This document shows positions 25,499 through 34,152 of a stretch of DNA of 64,000 nucleotides, one piece after another. Origin of the DNA: an uncultured bacterium (lineage in GTDB: Bacteria > Patescibacteriota > JACMRA01). How positions within the stretch are numbered: position 1 is the first letter of the stretch; the number at the start of each line of letters is the position of its first letter. The position numbers and the translations under genes are program-made. Location of the stretch: positions 1-64,000 of the forward strand of contig CAWAQU010000010.1 in assembly GCA_963784355.1 (NCBI GenBank), written 5' to 3'. Under the pieces are notes generated by a model, which saw only the letters and a program-made list of their open reading frames with translations, was not told where the DNA came from and did no database searches.

Positions 25499-25535
25499 GG
25501 GCTTTGGTTAGGGTAATCTCTTTCCAGGTCCACCA
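25499..25535 (+). other. tRNA-like minihelix or tRNA remnant ending in GGTCCACCA
   Basis: GGGCTTTGG..CCAGGTCC-ACCA can form an acceptor stem with G3:U70; no D or anticodon arms. Confidence 0.5.
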
Positions 25536-25592
25536 AAAGAAATTTTAGCCAGGCATTTGCCTGGTTTGTTATATAACAGCTATTTCTGTAAT

Positions 25593-25669
25593 GGGCCTTT
25601 AGCTCATTTGGCTAGAGCGCTTCCATGGCATGGAAGAGGCGAGGGGTTCAAATCCCCTAAGGTCCACCA
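25593..25669 (+). tRNA. tRNA-Ala(GGC), prophage integration target
   Basis: GGGCCTT/AAGGTCC with G3:U70; anticodon arm CTTCC-ATGGCAT-GGAAG; GTTCAAA T-loop; CCA. Confidence 0.96.
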
Positions 25670-27171
25670 TAATAATTTTTAGTAGTAAATATAGCCTCTA
25701 AGCCTAGATAAATACTGGACTTTTCGGGTGTTCTAAAACCTGAGTTTGGATCATATACGATATCTCCTGAAAAATTGGTTTTTACGATCAATCTTTTAGT
25801 CGCTAAATCTCCATTATGCCAGTTATCTACTACATTTAAGACATCCTCTAGAAACTTTTTTAGTGGTGTTCTAAAATTTTTCTTGCTAGGTGAATTTAAT
25901 TGTAATTTTATTGTTGTAATCTTTTCTTCAAGAGTTGCTTTTTGAATTTGCAATTCAGTTAATTTATTTTCAAAAGCTTTAAATAAAATATTATTCTCAA
26001 TATTAATTGATTTATCAACTGTATTTGATATTTGTTTATTAATCCCAACTAATTTAGCTTTTGCCTCCTGCTGATCATTCTGGAGGTTTTTTATATTTGC
26101 ATTAATATAGTTCTCAAATATTTTTTCATAGGCTTTTATAATAGATTCTGAGGGCTTATTATTTTCCAATAATTTTATGAATTCATGCTCGAGCTTTTCA
26201 CGGGCAATCATTTTAGAATAATTAACGCATTCTTTATTTGCACAATAATAATATGGGAATTTTTTGTTTGATTTAGATTTTGCAAATGACGCCGTGAAAA
26301 ATTTATTACACTCCGAACATTTAACAATCCTTCTTAATGGAAATTCTTGATTTAAATCTTTAGTGTAGGTTTTTGTTTCCATATTGATTCGACTTAAAAT
26401 TTTGTTGTGGGTTTCAAGGGTTATAATTGGTTCATGTATTGCTTTTGTCAAAGGAATTTTCCAAACAGGAAAATCAAAATAACCAGCATAAATAGGTTTT
26501 TTGATAGCTTCATAAAATCTTTTTACATCAAAATCAAATCCTTTGGATTTAATAAATTCAAATGCTTCAATTCTTGAATGAAAACTACCATTAGCGTAAC
26601 CCTCAAAAGCTTTTTTGAGATGTGTGGCTAGTGGCTCGTCTCGAACAATTGTTTTAGATTTATCAAGTTTCTTCATCGTATAGCCAAGCGGAGGTTTGAG
26701 AATCCAGCGGCCGGCATATAAACAAGCTTCCATGTTATTTCTGACTTTCGTTTCGTTTTCCAACCTATGGTACTGATCTTGCACTGCAGTTATACCAGAA
26801 ACTAAAAACTTTACGTTACTTGATTCTATTGAATTCAAATCAACAGTGACATAATCCGTCATTATATCATATGAGTCAAAAATCTTAGTGTAGCTAAAAA
26901 AGTCTCCAGCATCTCTAAATAGTCTGCTTTGAGAATAGGCTAAAATATAAAAGGGCTCTTTAGCTCGTTTTAAAAATGACATCATTTCTTTGAACGCTGG
27001 TCTGTCAGCATCTTTCGCAGACACACCTGGCTCTTTATAAATTTGGACTATCTCATACCCTCTTCTTACAGCAAGTTGCAGGCACATCAGTTCTTGACTT
27101 TCAATTCCATTGCCCTCTTCGACTTGTCTTTTAGAAGAAACTCTACAGTAAATTACTGCTTTTTTTGTCAT
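25657..27171 (-). CDS. Large serine recombinase (phage integrase)
   Basis: YCRVSS catalytic Ser, SRLFR, recombinase domain PPLGY, zinc ribbon CSEC..YYYCANKEC, coiled coil; stop codon lies inside tRNA-Ala. Confidence 0.95.
   Translation of the reverse strand: MTKKAVIYCRVSSKRQVEEGNGIESQELMCLQLAVRRGYEIVQIYKEPGVSAKDADRPAFKEMMSFLKRAKEPFYILAYSQSRLFRDAGDFFSYTKIFDSYDIMTDYVTVDLNSIESSNVKFLVSGITAVQDQYHRLENETKVRNNMEACLYAGRWILKPPLGYTMKKLDKSKTIVRDEPLATHLKKAFEGYANGSFHSRIEAFEFIKSKGFDFDVKRFYEAIKKPIYAGYFDFPVWKIPLTKAIHEPIITLETHNKILSRINMETKTYTKDLNQEFPLRRIVKCSECNKFFTASFAKSKSNKKFPYYYCANKECVNYSKMIAREKLEHEFIKLLENNKPSESIIKAYEKIFENYINANIKNLQNDQQEAKAKLVGINKQISNTVDKSINIENNILFKAFENKLTELQIQKATLEEKITTIKLQLNSPSKKNFRTPLKKFLEDVLNVVDNWHNGDLATKRLIVKTNFSGDIVYDPNSGFRTPEKSSIYLGLEAIFTTKNYYGGP
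25662..25670 (+). repeat. attL core GTCCACCAT
   Basis: 3' end of tRNA-Ala, repeated at 63778-63786. Confidence 0.75.
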
Positions 27172-27263
27172 GTCCTGAGCTAAGCAAAATTATAGTTTTT
27201 TAGCAAATATGCCACAAAAAAACAAGGAGAGTGTATCATCCTTGCGTATAGAAGAAAACTAGC

Positions 27264-27398
27264 CTATGCCGTTTTAAAAGGCGGGTCGAATGGCTTACAC
27301 TTTTTGTGTTGCAAGCCATTTGTACCAATCATTACGTTTTTATCACTTGCGTTGACTAGGACGTTGCAGATAGGGCAATATCTTTTCTTCTTAGCCAT
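27264..27398 (-). CDS. 44-aa zinc-ribbon-like peptide upstream of the integrase
   Basis: Manual translation: MAKKKRYCPICNVLVNASDKNVMIGTNGLQHKKCKPFDPPFKTA (CxxC...HxxC). Confidence 0.45.
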   Translation of the reverse strand: MAKKKRYCPICNVLVNASDKNVMIGTNGLQHKKCKPFDPPFKTA

Positions 27399-27473
27399 GT
27401 TAACTCCTTTTGTATAGAAATTGGCTTACCTTTATTTAAAGCATAATATTTTGGTATTGGCAAACTTTAGAAG

Positions 27474-27818
27474 TTAGTCTAATTGTGGTAAGCTTCCAAT
27501 CATACTCATAGCAGTCTTATATTTATGCTTTAATTTCTGATCTGCATTAATTGCTAGCAAATCTACTTCGTTTAAACTCCTAAGATTTTTATATGGTGCT
27601 TCAGAATCAGACTCTATGTTTGGTTGTTTATAAGTTTGATTTTCATAGACTAATCCTTCTCGAAAATTCTGAGGGTCAGTTATTCCATTCCAGAAAGCTT
27701 TTGCGATATAAAGCGTGATTAAAGTAAGTGTAAATTCTAGAGTGTAATTAATTCGATCAGAAATATAATACATTAAGATTAGTGTGAGTATGTTGATTAT
27801 GTGTTTAAATTTTGGCAT
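27474..27818 (-). CDS. Hypothetical phage membrane protein
   Basis: Two N-terminal hydrophobic segments; in the leftward early operon. Confidence 0.55.
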   Translation of the reverse strand: MPKFKHIINILTLILMYYISDRINYTLEFTLTLITLYIAKAFWNGITDPQNFREGLVYENQTYKQPNIESDSEAPYKNLRSLNEVDLLAINADQKLKHKYKTAMSMIGSLPQLD

Positions 27819-28099
27819 AAGTTTTTGTTTATATTTTAGTACCCCCTATTGTAGTTTTTTCCCGTCCTGACCCCCCCCGGGGGGAGGGGGTGGGGGGGGT
27901 AAATGTTGTGTTTTAGTGAGCAGGGGAGGGGACTAGAAACTGTAGTCAATAATATAGTTGTATATATTATCGTTTTGTAAGTCTCTTAATGCATCTCTCA
28001 TTGCTTTGATTTCCAATTTGTGTATTTTATTGTAGTATTTGTTTTTGTTAAATTTGGTCATATTGTTTGGTTGTTTTGGTTTATAATACTTTTTTGATT

Positions 28100-28429
28100 T
28101 TAAATTATTCCTGTTTTTTTAATCTGTTGAAGTTGGTCCTCAGTAATTTGTAAGTTAATTCTTCTCGGTTGCCCCTCTATTTTTTTAACGCAATAATGAG
28201 GCAATGAGATATCTTCTATTCCGTAGCAGAGGCCCATCATAGTATCGGCTACCCATTCAATAATATAGACTTTGCCTATCATGTGCTGGATTCTTTCTGG
28301 CCACTCTTGAAAATCGCCGACTTCAAAAGTACTTTCTTGCACTTCTACATAGTCGCCGACTGCGTACTTCTCGGGTTTTCTAAATGGGTTGTAAGTTTCT
28401 TGTTCGTTCTGTAGTTTTGCTTTTCGCAT
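28100..28429 (-). CDS. Hypothetical phage protein (SH3-like barrel)
   Basis: KYAVGDYVEV..MIGKVYIIE pattern typical of small phage beta-barrel proteins. Confidence 0.6.
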   Translation of the reverse strand: MRKAKLQNEQETYNPFRKPEKYAVGDYVEVQESTFEVGDFQEWPERIQHMIGKVYIIEWVADTMMGLCYGIEDISLPHYCVKKIEGQPRRINLQITEDQLQQIKKTGII

Positions 28430-28438
28430 ATGGTTTAT

Positions 28439-28750
28439 TTATTGAGTTTGTAAAACAAAATTTGGTTGATAGCCTTTTAATTTTTTGCTTTTAAATTTTC
28501 CATCTTTACCTTGAATTACATTTTTATCATCTAAATATGTTTTGTAATTACTTATTCCTAACTCCTGAGCACGTTTATATATGTAGTCTTGAGTGGCAAA
28601 TAAGTCTTTTGATCGATACTCTTTTATTTTTCTATTCAAAATTTTATATTTAAAATCTAAAAAATAAGTCTGTAAGTTTTTGGAAAATTGAAAAGTTAAA
28701 ATTGTGAGTGCGGTTGCAATTAAAAATGTTGCAATAATTATTGTAGTCAT
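28439..28750 (-). CDS. Hypothetical phage protein with N-terminal TM
   Basis: ORF track; operon context. Confidence 0.55.
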   Translation of the reverse strand: MTTIIIATFLIATALTILTFQFSKNLQTYFLDFKYKILNRKIKEYRSKDLFATQDYIYKRAQELGISNYKTYLDDKNVIQGKDGKFKSKKLKGYQPNFVLQTQ

Positions 28751-28956
28751 GTGTTTATTTTTGTTTAAATTTGTGGAAATTTTACGGTGCCTTTACGGTC
28801 GGCCAAATTTGATTGTTTTGGAAAGTACGGTGTTTGTACGGTTATTTAATTAATTTTGTGAGTTGCTGTTTAATTTGTTTGGCTTGAGATTTATTTGATA
28901 AATTTATACAAAGCTCAAGCTCTTTAATCTGATCCTTATTCATAATGTAATTTTTG

Positions 28957-29187
28957 TTAGATTATATTTCTTTTAATTAAAAGCCACTCACAAACCGAAA
29001 TATCGGTCAGTAAGCCGGCTTTATAGTTCTTTTCGATACCATATTCAAGACATCTTGCTGGTATCCAGATGTCGACAATTGGTGGTTCTAAACACTCAAC
29101 TCTGAGGGCCTTTTCTCTGACATCTTTAATTATTACTTGTAGGAGGTGAAACTCTCCTGAAGACCCTGTTAAAAAGTTGTTGCTGGT
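28957..29187 (-). CDS. Start-less ORF in the -1 frame immediately after the Sak4-like gene
   Basis: Manual translation: ..LLQVIIKDVREKALRVECLEPPIVDIWIPARCLEYGIEKNYKAGLLTDISVCEWLLIKRNII*; no ATG/GTG/TTG in frame. Confidence 0.55.
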   Translation of the reverse strand, partial: TSNNFLTGSSGEFHLLQVIIKDVREKALRVECLEPPIVDIWIPARCLEYGIEKNYKAGLLTDISVCEWLLIKRNII

Positions 29188-30137
29188 TTATGATCGTCCA
29201 TTAAAGCTGGATCAATAAGTTCGGTTTCGATTTTAGGTTCAGTTTTTGAATCTTTATTTGATTTAATAGCGTTCTCTAACATCTCACAAACTTGGTCGTA
29301 AACCTTCATTGGCATGACTTTGTGAGAATCAAAATGAAAGGTTTCTTTGATTTTTACTATTACTTCATCTTTATCTCGTTTTAATACTGAGCAATACTCA
29401 TCAAGTAGAGCAAAGTATCTTTTTTTCTGGTCTTCGGTTGGCAAAATTGGTTGTTTGTCTTCTTTAACACCTGTGTCAGTAACTGGATCACTGCTATTTA
29501 ACCAATTTAATATTTGTTGGCCTGTCTCTTTTACTATAGTAAAGTCTTTTCCATCAAATAGGCTTGTTCTGTCTTTAGGAGCAGTTGCTAAGTGTTTCTG
29601 ATTAATTTCAAATACAATTGTAAATTCATAATCTAAACCATCTCTTTGTATACTTGCCATTCCAACTTTGGTTGGCACTTGCTTACCATTTTTTTCTTCT
29701 AAAACATAATCTTGTTTTGATCTTGTTGTTGCAATAATATGAACAGGACTGCTGATTATCTTATTAACGAATTTATCATGACGAGGTGTTAGCTTAGCCC
29801 AATTTGTGAATGAGTTGCCCATCATCTTGTTGCTAAGGTTGATGATTTCTTGCCACTCATGACTTATTGAGTCGATTATCAGTACTTCATAGCCTGCTTT
29901 TTCTGCTTCTTCGATAGCTTCAATATAATCTTCGGGAGTATGAGAAGTTAGGTTTAGTGTATCAAAGTTAAATTTGTCTGAGTATAGTGAAGCTGACCCT
30001 TTTTCAGTATCAATTAAGGCGATCTTGTCACTGATAGCTGAGGCTAATGTTAAAGCACTGTAAGTTTTTCCGGATCCTGAAGCCCCTTGTAATAGCAGTC
30101 TTAGTTTGAGTTGTTTTTTGGTTGCTTTTTGAAACAT
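29169..30137 (-). CDS. Sak4-like AAA_24 ATPase (ssDNA-annealing recombinase)
   Basis: MFQKATKKQLKLRL, Walker A GASGSGKT, IDTE, IIDSISHEW, YEFT, KDRT. Confidence 0.88.
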   Translation of the reverse strand: MFQKATKKQLKLRLLLQGASGSGKTYSALTLASAISDKIALIDTEKGSASLYSDKFNFDTLNLTSHTPEDYIEAIEEAEKAGYEVLIIDSISHEWQEIINLSNKMMGNSFTNWAKLTPRHDKFVNKIISSPVHIIATTRSKQDYVLEEKNGKQVPTKVGMASIQRDGLDYEFTIVFEINQKHLATAPKDRTSLFDGKDFTIVKETGQQILNWLNSSDPVTDTGVKEDKQPILPTEDQKKRYFALLDEYCSVLKRDKDEVIVKIKETFHFDSHKVMPMKVYDQVCEMLENAIKSNKDSKTEPKIETELIDPALMDDHKPATTF

Positions 30138-30257
30138 AATTTAGTTCGTAGTTATTTTAATAAAGTATCGATGCTAGATGATTTGATTTGCTCAAGTCTA
30201 GCTTGTAGTTGGATATGATTCATATTTGTATTTGTTTTTGGTTTAAAATAATTTGAT

Positions 30258-30497
30258 TTAATTTGAGTGACGTTCTTTATATAGTTCCTTAGCCTCGCCT
30301 GATTGAATTTTGTCTATTACAATACTGGCTTGCTCTGAAGTGATTCTAGTATAATCTAGATATCCTCCACCCATTAAAATGGTTGCTACTAAGAAATCTA
30401 TAAATCCCTCTTGATGAATTTTACCGGCATACAAGCTTCGTAGTTTCTTGTGGACTAGAAATCGTATGTAGCCGCATTGCTTTTCAGTAATAGTCAT
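30258..30497 (-). CDS. Hypothetical phage protein
   Basis: TEKQ..YI..L and T..QAS..ID pattern common in small phage proteins. Confidence 0.6.
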   Translation of the reverse strand: MTITEKQCGYIRFLVHKKLRSLYAGKIHQEGFIDFLVATILMGGGYLDYTRITSEQASIVIDKIQSGEAKELYKERHSN

Positions 30498-30590
30498 ACT
30501 TAGCTGAAATTTGCTTTTATATATTCAAGCGCTGCAGCTTCTCCTCTTGCTGTCAGGATTGCATCTGCTAGTTTATCTTCGTAATTCATA

Positions 30591-30881
30591 TTATCTGTAT
30601 TCTATTACTCCACTTGAAATAGCTCCGGCGGTTTCAGCTTTAACTTGAATTGTGTTTATTGCTTGGTAACCTAAGAATAAGTTGAATCCTATTAATATAG
30701 TGCTGATGAATAATTTAGGCATCCAGTTGTCTTGTCGGGTTATTCCTTTCGTATTAGATGGTAAATATACATCTACCTCTTTACCGTTGAAAATAACTTT
30801 GCTCGTTGTGTTATACTCATTATCTGAGACTTTAGATAATTCTGAGTTTGACAAAGTGATGTCAATTGTGTTGTTATACAT
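30591..30881 (-). CDS. Hypothetical phage membrane protein, first gene of the leftward operon
   Basis: ORF track; C-terminal TM. Confidence 0.55.
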   Translation of the reverse strand: MYNNTIDITLSNSELSKVSDNEYNTTSKVIFNGKEVDVYLPSNTKGITRQDNWMPKLFISTILIGFNLFLGYQAINTIQVKAETAGAISSGVIEYR

Positions 30882-31285
30882 ATGTTAAAGTAAGGGAATT
30901 TACTTTAACGCATAGACCCTCGTTTGCTCGGGGGTTTTTTCTATGCGAAAAAGTTTTAAACTACATTGTTTTTTTTCTTACATACCAGCGTCGCAGCAGG
31001 CTAGAATAAATTGCCCGAGGGTGTCCCTCTAATTTGTAAGCCGTCTGTAAAACTTAATTAATTTCTTAATTCTATTTAATTATAGAGAAGTTTTTAAACT
31101 ATGTCAAGTAAAATTTGCTTGAACTAAATAAAACAAGCAATAAAGCTAAATTACTACATCACTTCCCCACCAAATACCCTTGATAATTGACAAGAGGGAG
31201 GATACTAAGTAGATATGTATTTGTCGTGTTTCTATTAGTCTAGAATTGATGTTTGACATTTAGCTGAAAGTAAGTATTCATAATT

Positions 31286-32311
31286 ATGATGATATATCCT
31301 CGAAGTAAAAAATTGGTCTTTTGTAATAATAAGGGTGGTGTGGGTAAAACAACACTTGCATTTAATGCTGCTGTAGCTTTTGCGAAGCTTGGCTACAAGA
31401 CTGTATTGGTTGATCTTGATCCACAAACCAATTTATCTAAACTTGTTTTAGGTGAATCTTTTTACGAACAAGATCTGTTTGGTGAGGATAAACCAAATAT
31501 TAGCACTGCACTTAAAGGGATAGTTGATGGTATAAGTGATGTAGATTATAACGTTGAGTTTGTTCCATCGCCTACACAAGAAAATTTATCTATTTTACCG
31601 GGTAGTTTGTATCTTTCAGTATTTGAAGACACTTTGATTAACGCCTTCGGTGAAGCAGCTCGAGGTATTACCAGAGGTTACACACTCACAAGTGCTATAG
31701 ATAGGTTTCTAAATTATAAGGGGGAGAAAGAAAAGATCGATCTCTTTATTATTGATACGTCTCCAACTTTAGGATTATTGAATAGAATAATTTTGTTAGG
31801 ATCTGATTATTTTGTTGTACCAGTATTTCCAGACAGATTTAGTGTTCAGGGAATAGAAAACCTTGGTGAAGTATTTAAAAAGTGGAAAGATGAGTGGGTT
31901 AATACAGCTAGAGCTTTAGCAAAAACGAAACCAGTCGAAAGTCGTTATGTTTTACAAGGTGAGGGCTTGTTTATCGGGTACATTATAAACTCATATAATG
32001 TTTATGGTAAAAAACCAATTAAAGAACATACCGATTGGATGAGTGTTGTACCAGATAGAGTTAAGAAATTTTTATCGGAAAATCATAGTAGAAATGGGCT
32101 TGTCGAAAGGAGTTGGAAAAAACCTATTCAGATTATTCAAGATTATGGCCAGCTAGCTTCCATTTCACAGAAGAGAATGCGTGGTATTTTCGATGTGGAG
32201 CCGAAAGACCTTAAAACATTTAAACAAGGTACCAGAGAAAACCTTGAAAAGGCCAAAAACGAATTTGAAAGTTTAGGTCATAATATTCTAGAAATATTAT
32301 CTAAATATTAA
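31286..32311 (+). CDS. Orphan ParA/Soj-family ATPase
   Basis: Deviant Walker A NNKGGVGKTT, VDLDPQ.N, IDTSP, SDYFVVPV. Confidence 0.9.
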   Translation: MMIYPRSKKLVFCNNKGGVGKTTLAFNAAVAFAKLGYKTVLVDLDPQTNLSKLVLGESFYEQDLFGEDKPNISTALKGIVDGISDVDYNVEFVPSPTQENLSILPGSLYLSVFEDTLINAFGEAARGITRGYTLTSAIDRFLNYKGEKEKIDLFIIDTSPTLGLLNRIILLGSDYFVVPVFPDRFSVQGIENLGEVFKKWKDEWVNTARALAKTKPVESRYVLQGEGLFIGYIINSYNVYGKKPIKEHTDWMSVVPDRVKKFLSENHSRNGLVERSWKKPIQIIQDYGQLASISQKRMRGIFDVEPKDLKTFKQGTRENLEKAKNEFESLGHNILEILSKY

Positions 32312-32320
32312 AATAGTAGT

Positions 32321-32554
32321 ATGTTAGAAGTAAACGAGATTAAAATAGATAGGAATAATAAAGCCGTAATAAAATACGAACAAGCCTTTGAAAAAGGGTT
32401 ACAAAGTTTAAGTGAAGAACAAAGACAAAAATTTTATAGTAAGCTTTCCACTCCCGATATTAATAGTAAACCATTATTAAAAGCGCTTAAAAAAGATAAA
32501 AATGTGGTCCATAGAATGATCAAAAATATAATCAGAAGCCTACACTTAAGCTAA
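32321..32554 (+). CDS. Small hypothetical protein co-transcribed with ParA
   Basis: 9 bp downstream of the ParA gene, same strand. Confidence 0.55.
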   Translation: MLEVNEIKIDRNNKAVIKYEQAFEKGLQSLSEEQRQKFYSKLSTPDINSKPLLKALKKDKNVVHRMIKNIIRSLHLS

Positions 32555-32584
32555 TCAAAAAACAATCTTTGGCGTTAGCCACGA

Positions 32585-32612
32585 CCCCTAGGAAACTAGG
32601 GGGTAATTTTTT
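32585..32612 (+). terminator. Intrinsic terminator between convergent genes
   Basis: CCCCTAG-GAAA-CTAGGGG followed by a T-run. Confidence 0.7.
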
Positions 32613-32687
32613 GCCTTTTTCCAAAATCTAGTTGGCATCTTTTTAAACTTGTAAACTAACTTTAGAGATAGTGTCTATCTTGTCAAC

Positions 32688-33869
32688 CTATATAGCCTTG
32701 CAAATCACCCAAGAATGACACCGAGTAGAATCATGCTTGAGTATATCTAAACCAACATTGGCTCGTCTTAAATTCTCAATTAGGCCAATGTCATCAATTA
32801 GATAGTGTTGCCAGATTGAAATTCTCTCACCTTTTTTGAGTTCAATTGTTTTTATCTGATCATATATCTTGAGTTTAATCTCATAATCTTTATCTAAGAC
32901 CAAGTACTTAAACCTAGCGTCACTTTCCGGGTTGTATTCGATAACATTCTCACAATCGCTTACATCAATCCCCAGCATGCTTAATATGAGTGTATGTCGG
33001 AAATCTGCATTTTCATTTTTTACGTAGCCAAAAGTAGCTCTGTTCTTTGGTTCTGTGTTTGTAAAAGAAAAGCAAAGTCTGTCCTGCTTTTCCATACCTT
33101 TTCTTAAATTCTGAAGTACCCTAAAATAGTCTTTATGATTGCAAATAGTGTGGCCAAGATATAGAATTATGTTTATTTCATCGGCTTTAGCATTTAAATA
33201 AAAAAGTTTCGTAAAATTTGACTCATCAATATCAGTTTCAAAAGACCTGACTGTAATATCTGGGAACCAATTTTCAATGTTGCTAGTTGCTATCTGGTTG
33301 ATATTTAGGCTAATATCAATGGCATTATAACTATTTAGGCTAAAATTCTTATAAATGTATTCTAATAAAGGTCTGACAGGGTAGCCATTACCCGGTCCAA
33401 GATCAAAAATATTTATTTTAGTACCTTTATCTAAATCCAAAGTAAGATCTTGTAATGATGATATTATAAAGTTGTTATTTATAGGCACGTGTTGGCTTAC
33501 TCCGCTTTTATAATACTCATCCCAAGCTTTGGCCCCACCATCTTTGTAACTAAATTTAAACTGCACCTCATGGCTAAAAGTAAGGTCATTATATATCTCA
33601 GCAACTTCTTCATCATTAAAATTATGATAAAATTCCTTGCTTGGTTCCATCTTTTTTAATACCACACTGGATCTGTACTTTCTACCCTCTTCATATAGCC
33701 TTGCAAGTTCTGCTTTATTATGTTCATTAGCTAAAACTCGATATTTTCCTTTCGACTCTGTAAGTTGTAAATTATTTTTCTTAGTAATAGCATCTTTCAA
33801 CCATTTATTAACTGTGGCACTTCCTACGGAATAATCTTTAGTTATATCACTATTTCTAAAATAAGACAT
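32688..33869 (-). CDS. N-terminal HTH-like domain fused to an EgtD-like (Methyltransf_33) SAM-dependent methyltransferase
   Basis: YSVGSATVNKWL (HTH-like); KFSY..GAKAWDE; FDLGPGNG; AIDIS; YLGHTICN. Confidence 0.75.
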   Translation of the reverse strand: MSYFRNSDITKDYSVGSATVNKWLKDAITKKNNLQLTESKGKYRVLANEHNKAELARLYEEGRKYRSSVVLKKMEPSKEFYHNFNDEEVAEIYNDLTFSHEVQFKFSYKDGGAKAWDEYYKSGVSQHVPINNNFIISSLQDLTLDLDKGTKINIFDLGPGNGYPVRPLLEYIYKNFSLNSYNAIDISLNINQIATSNIENWFPDITVRSFETDIDESNFTKLFYLNAKADEINIILYLGHTICNHKDYFRVLQNLRKGMEKQDRLCFSFTNTEPKNRATFGYVKNENADFRHTLILSMLGIDVSDCENVIEYNPESDARFKYLVLDKDYEIKLKIYDQIKTIELKKGERISIWQHYLIDDIGLIENLRRANVGLDILKHDSTRCHSWVICKAI

Positions 33870-33945
33870 ATGATGTTTAGCTTGACAATGTCGATAGAAT
33901 TTTGTATATCATCTTAGTTTCAATTTTACTACAATTTTTGATTTT

Positions 33946-34152
33946 ATGGAAGAGTATAAAAAAAATATAGCTTTATTTTCTGTTTTAGAACTGCTAGTTC
34001 CCATTTTAAAAGATGATCCAGAGTTAAATGCAAAAGTTATTCATAGGTGCAGAATAACAAATGTAAACAAATATGTTGTTTTGATTAATGTACTGGAGTT
34101 TATTCAGACAAGTCGATATAATCCATCCAGTCTTGAAACCAGCCAGTTCTAA
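33946..34152 (+). CDS. Small hypothetical protein
   Basis: ORF with a TTGACA promoter-like element at ~33881. Confidence 0.4.
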   Translation: MEEYKKNIALFSVLELLVPILKDDPELNAKVIHRCRITNVNKYVVLINVLEFIQTSRYNPSSLETSQF

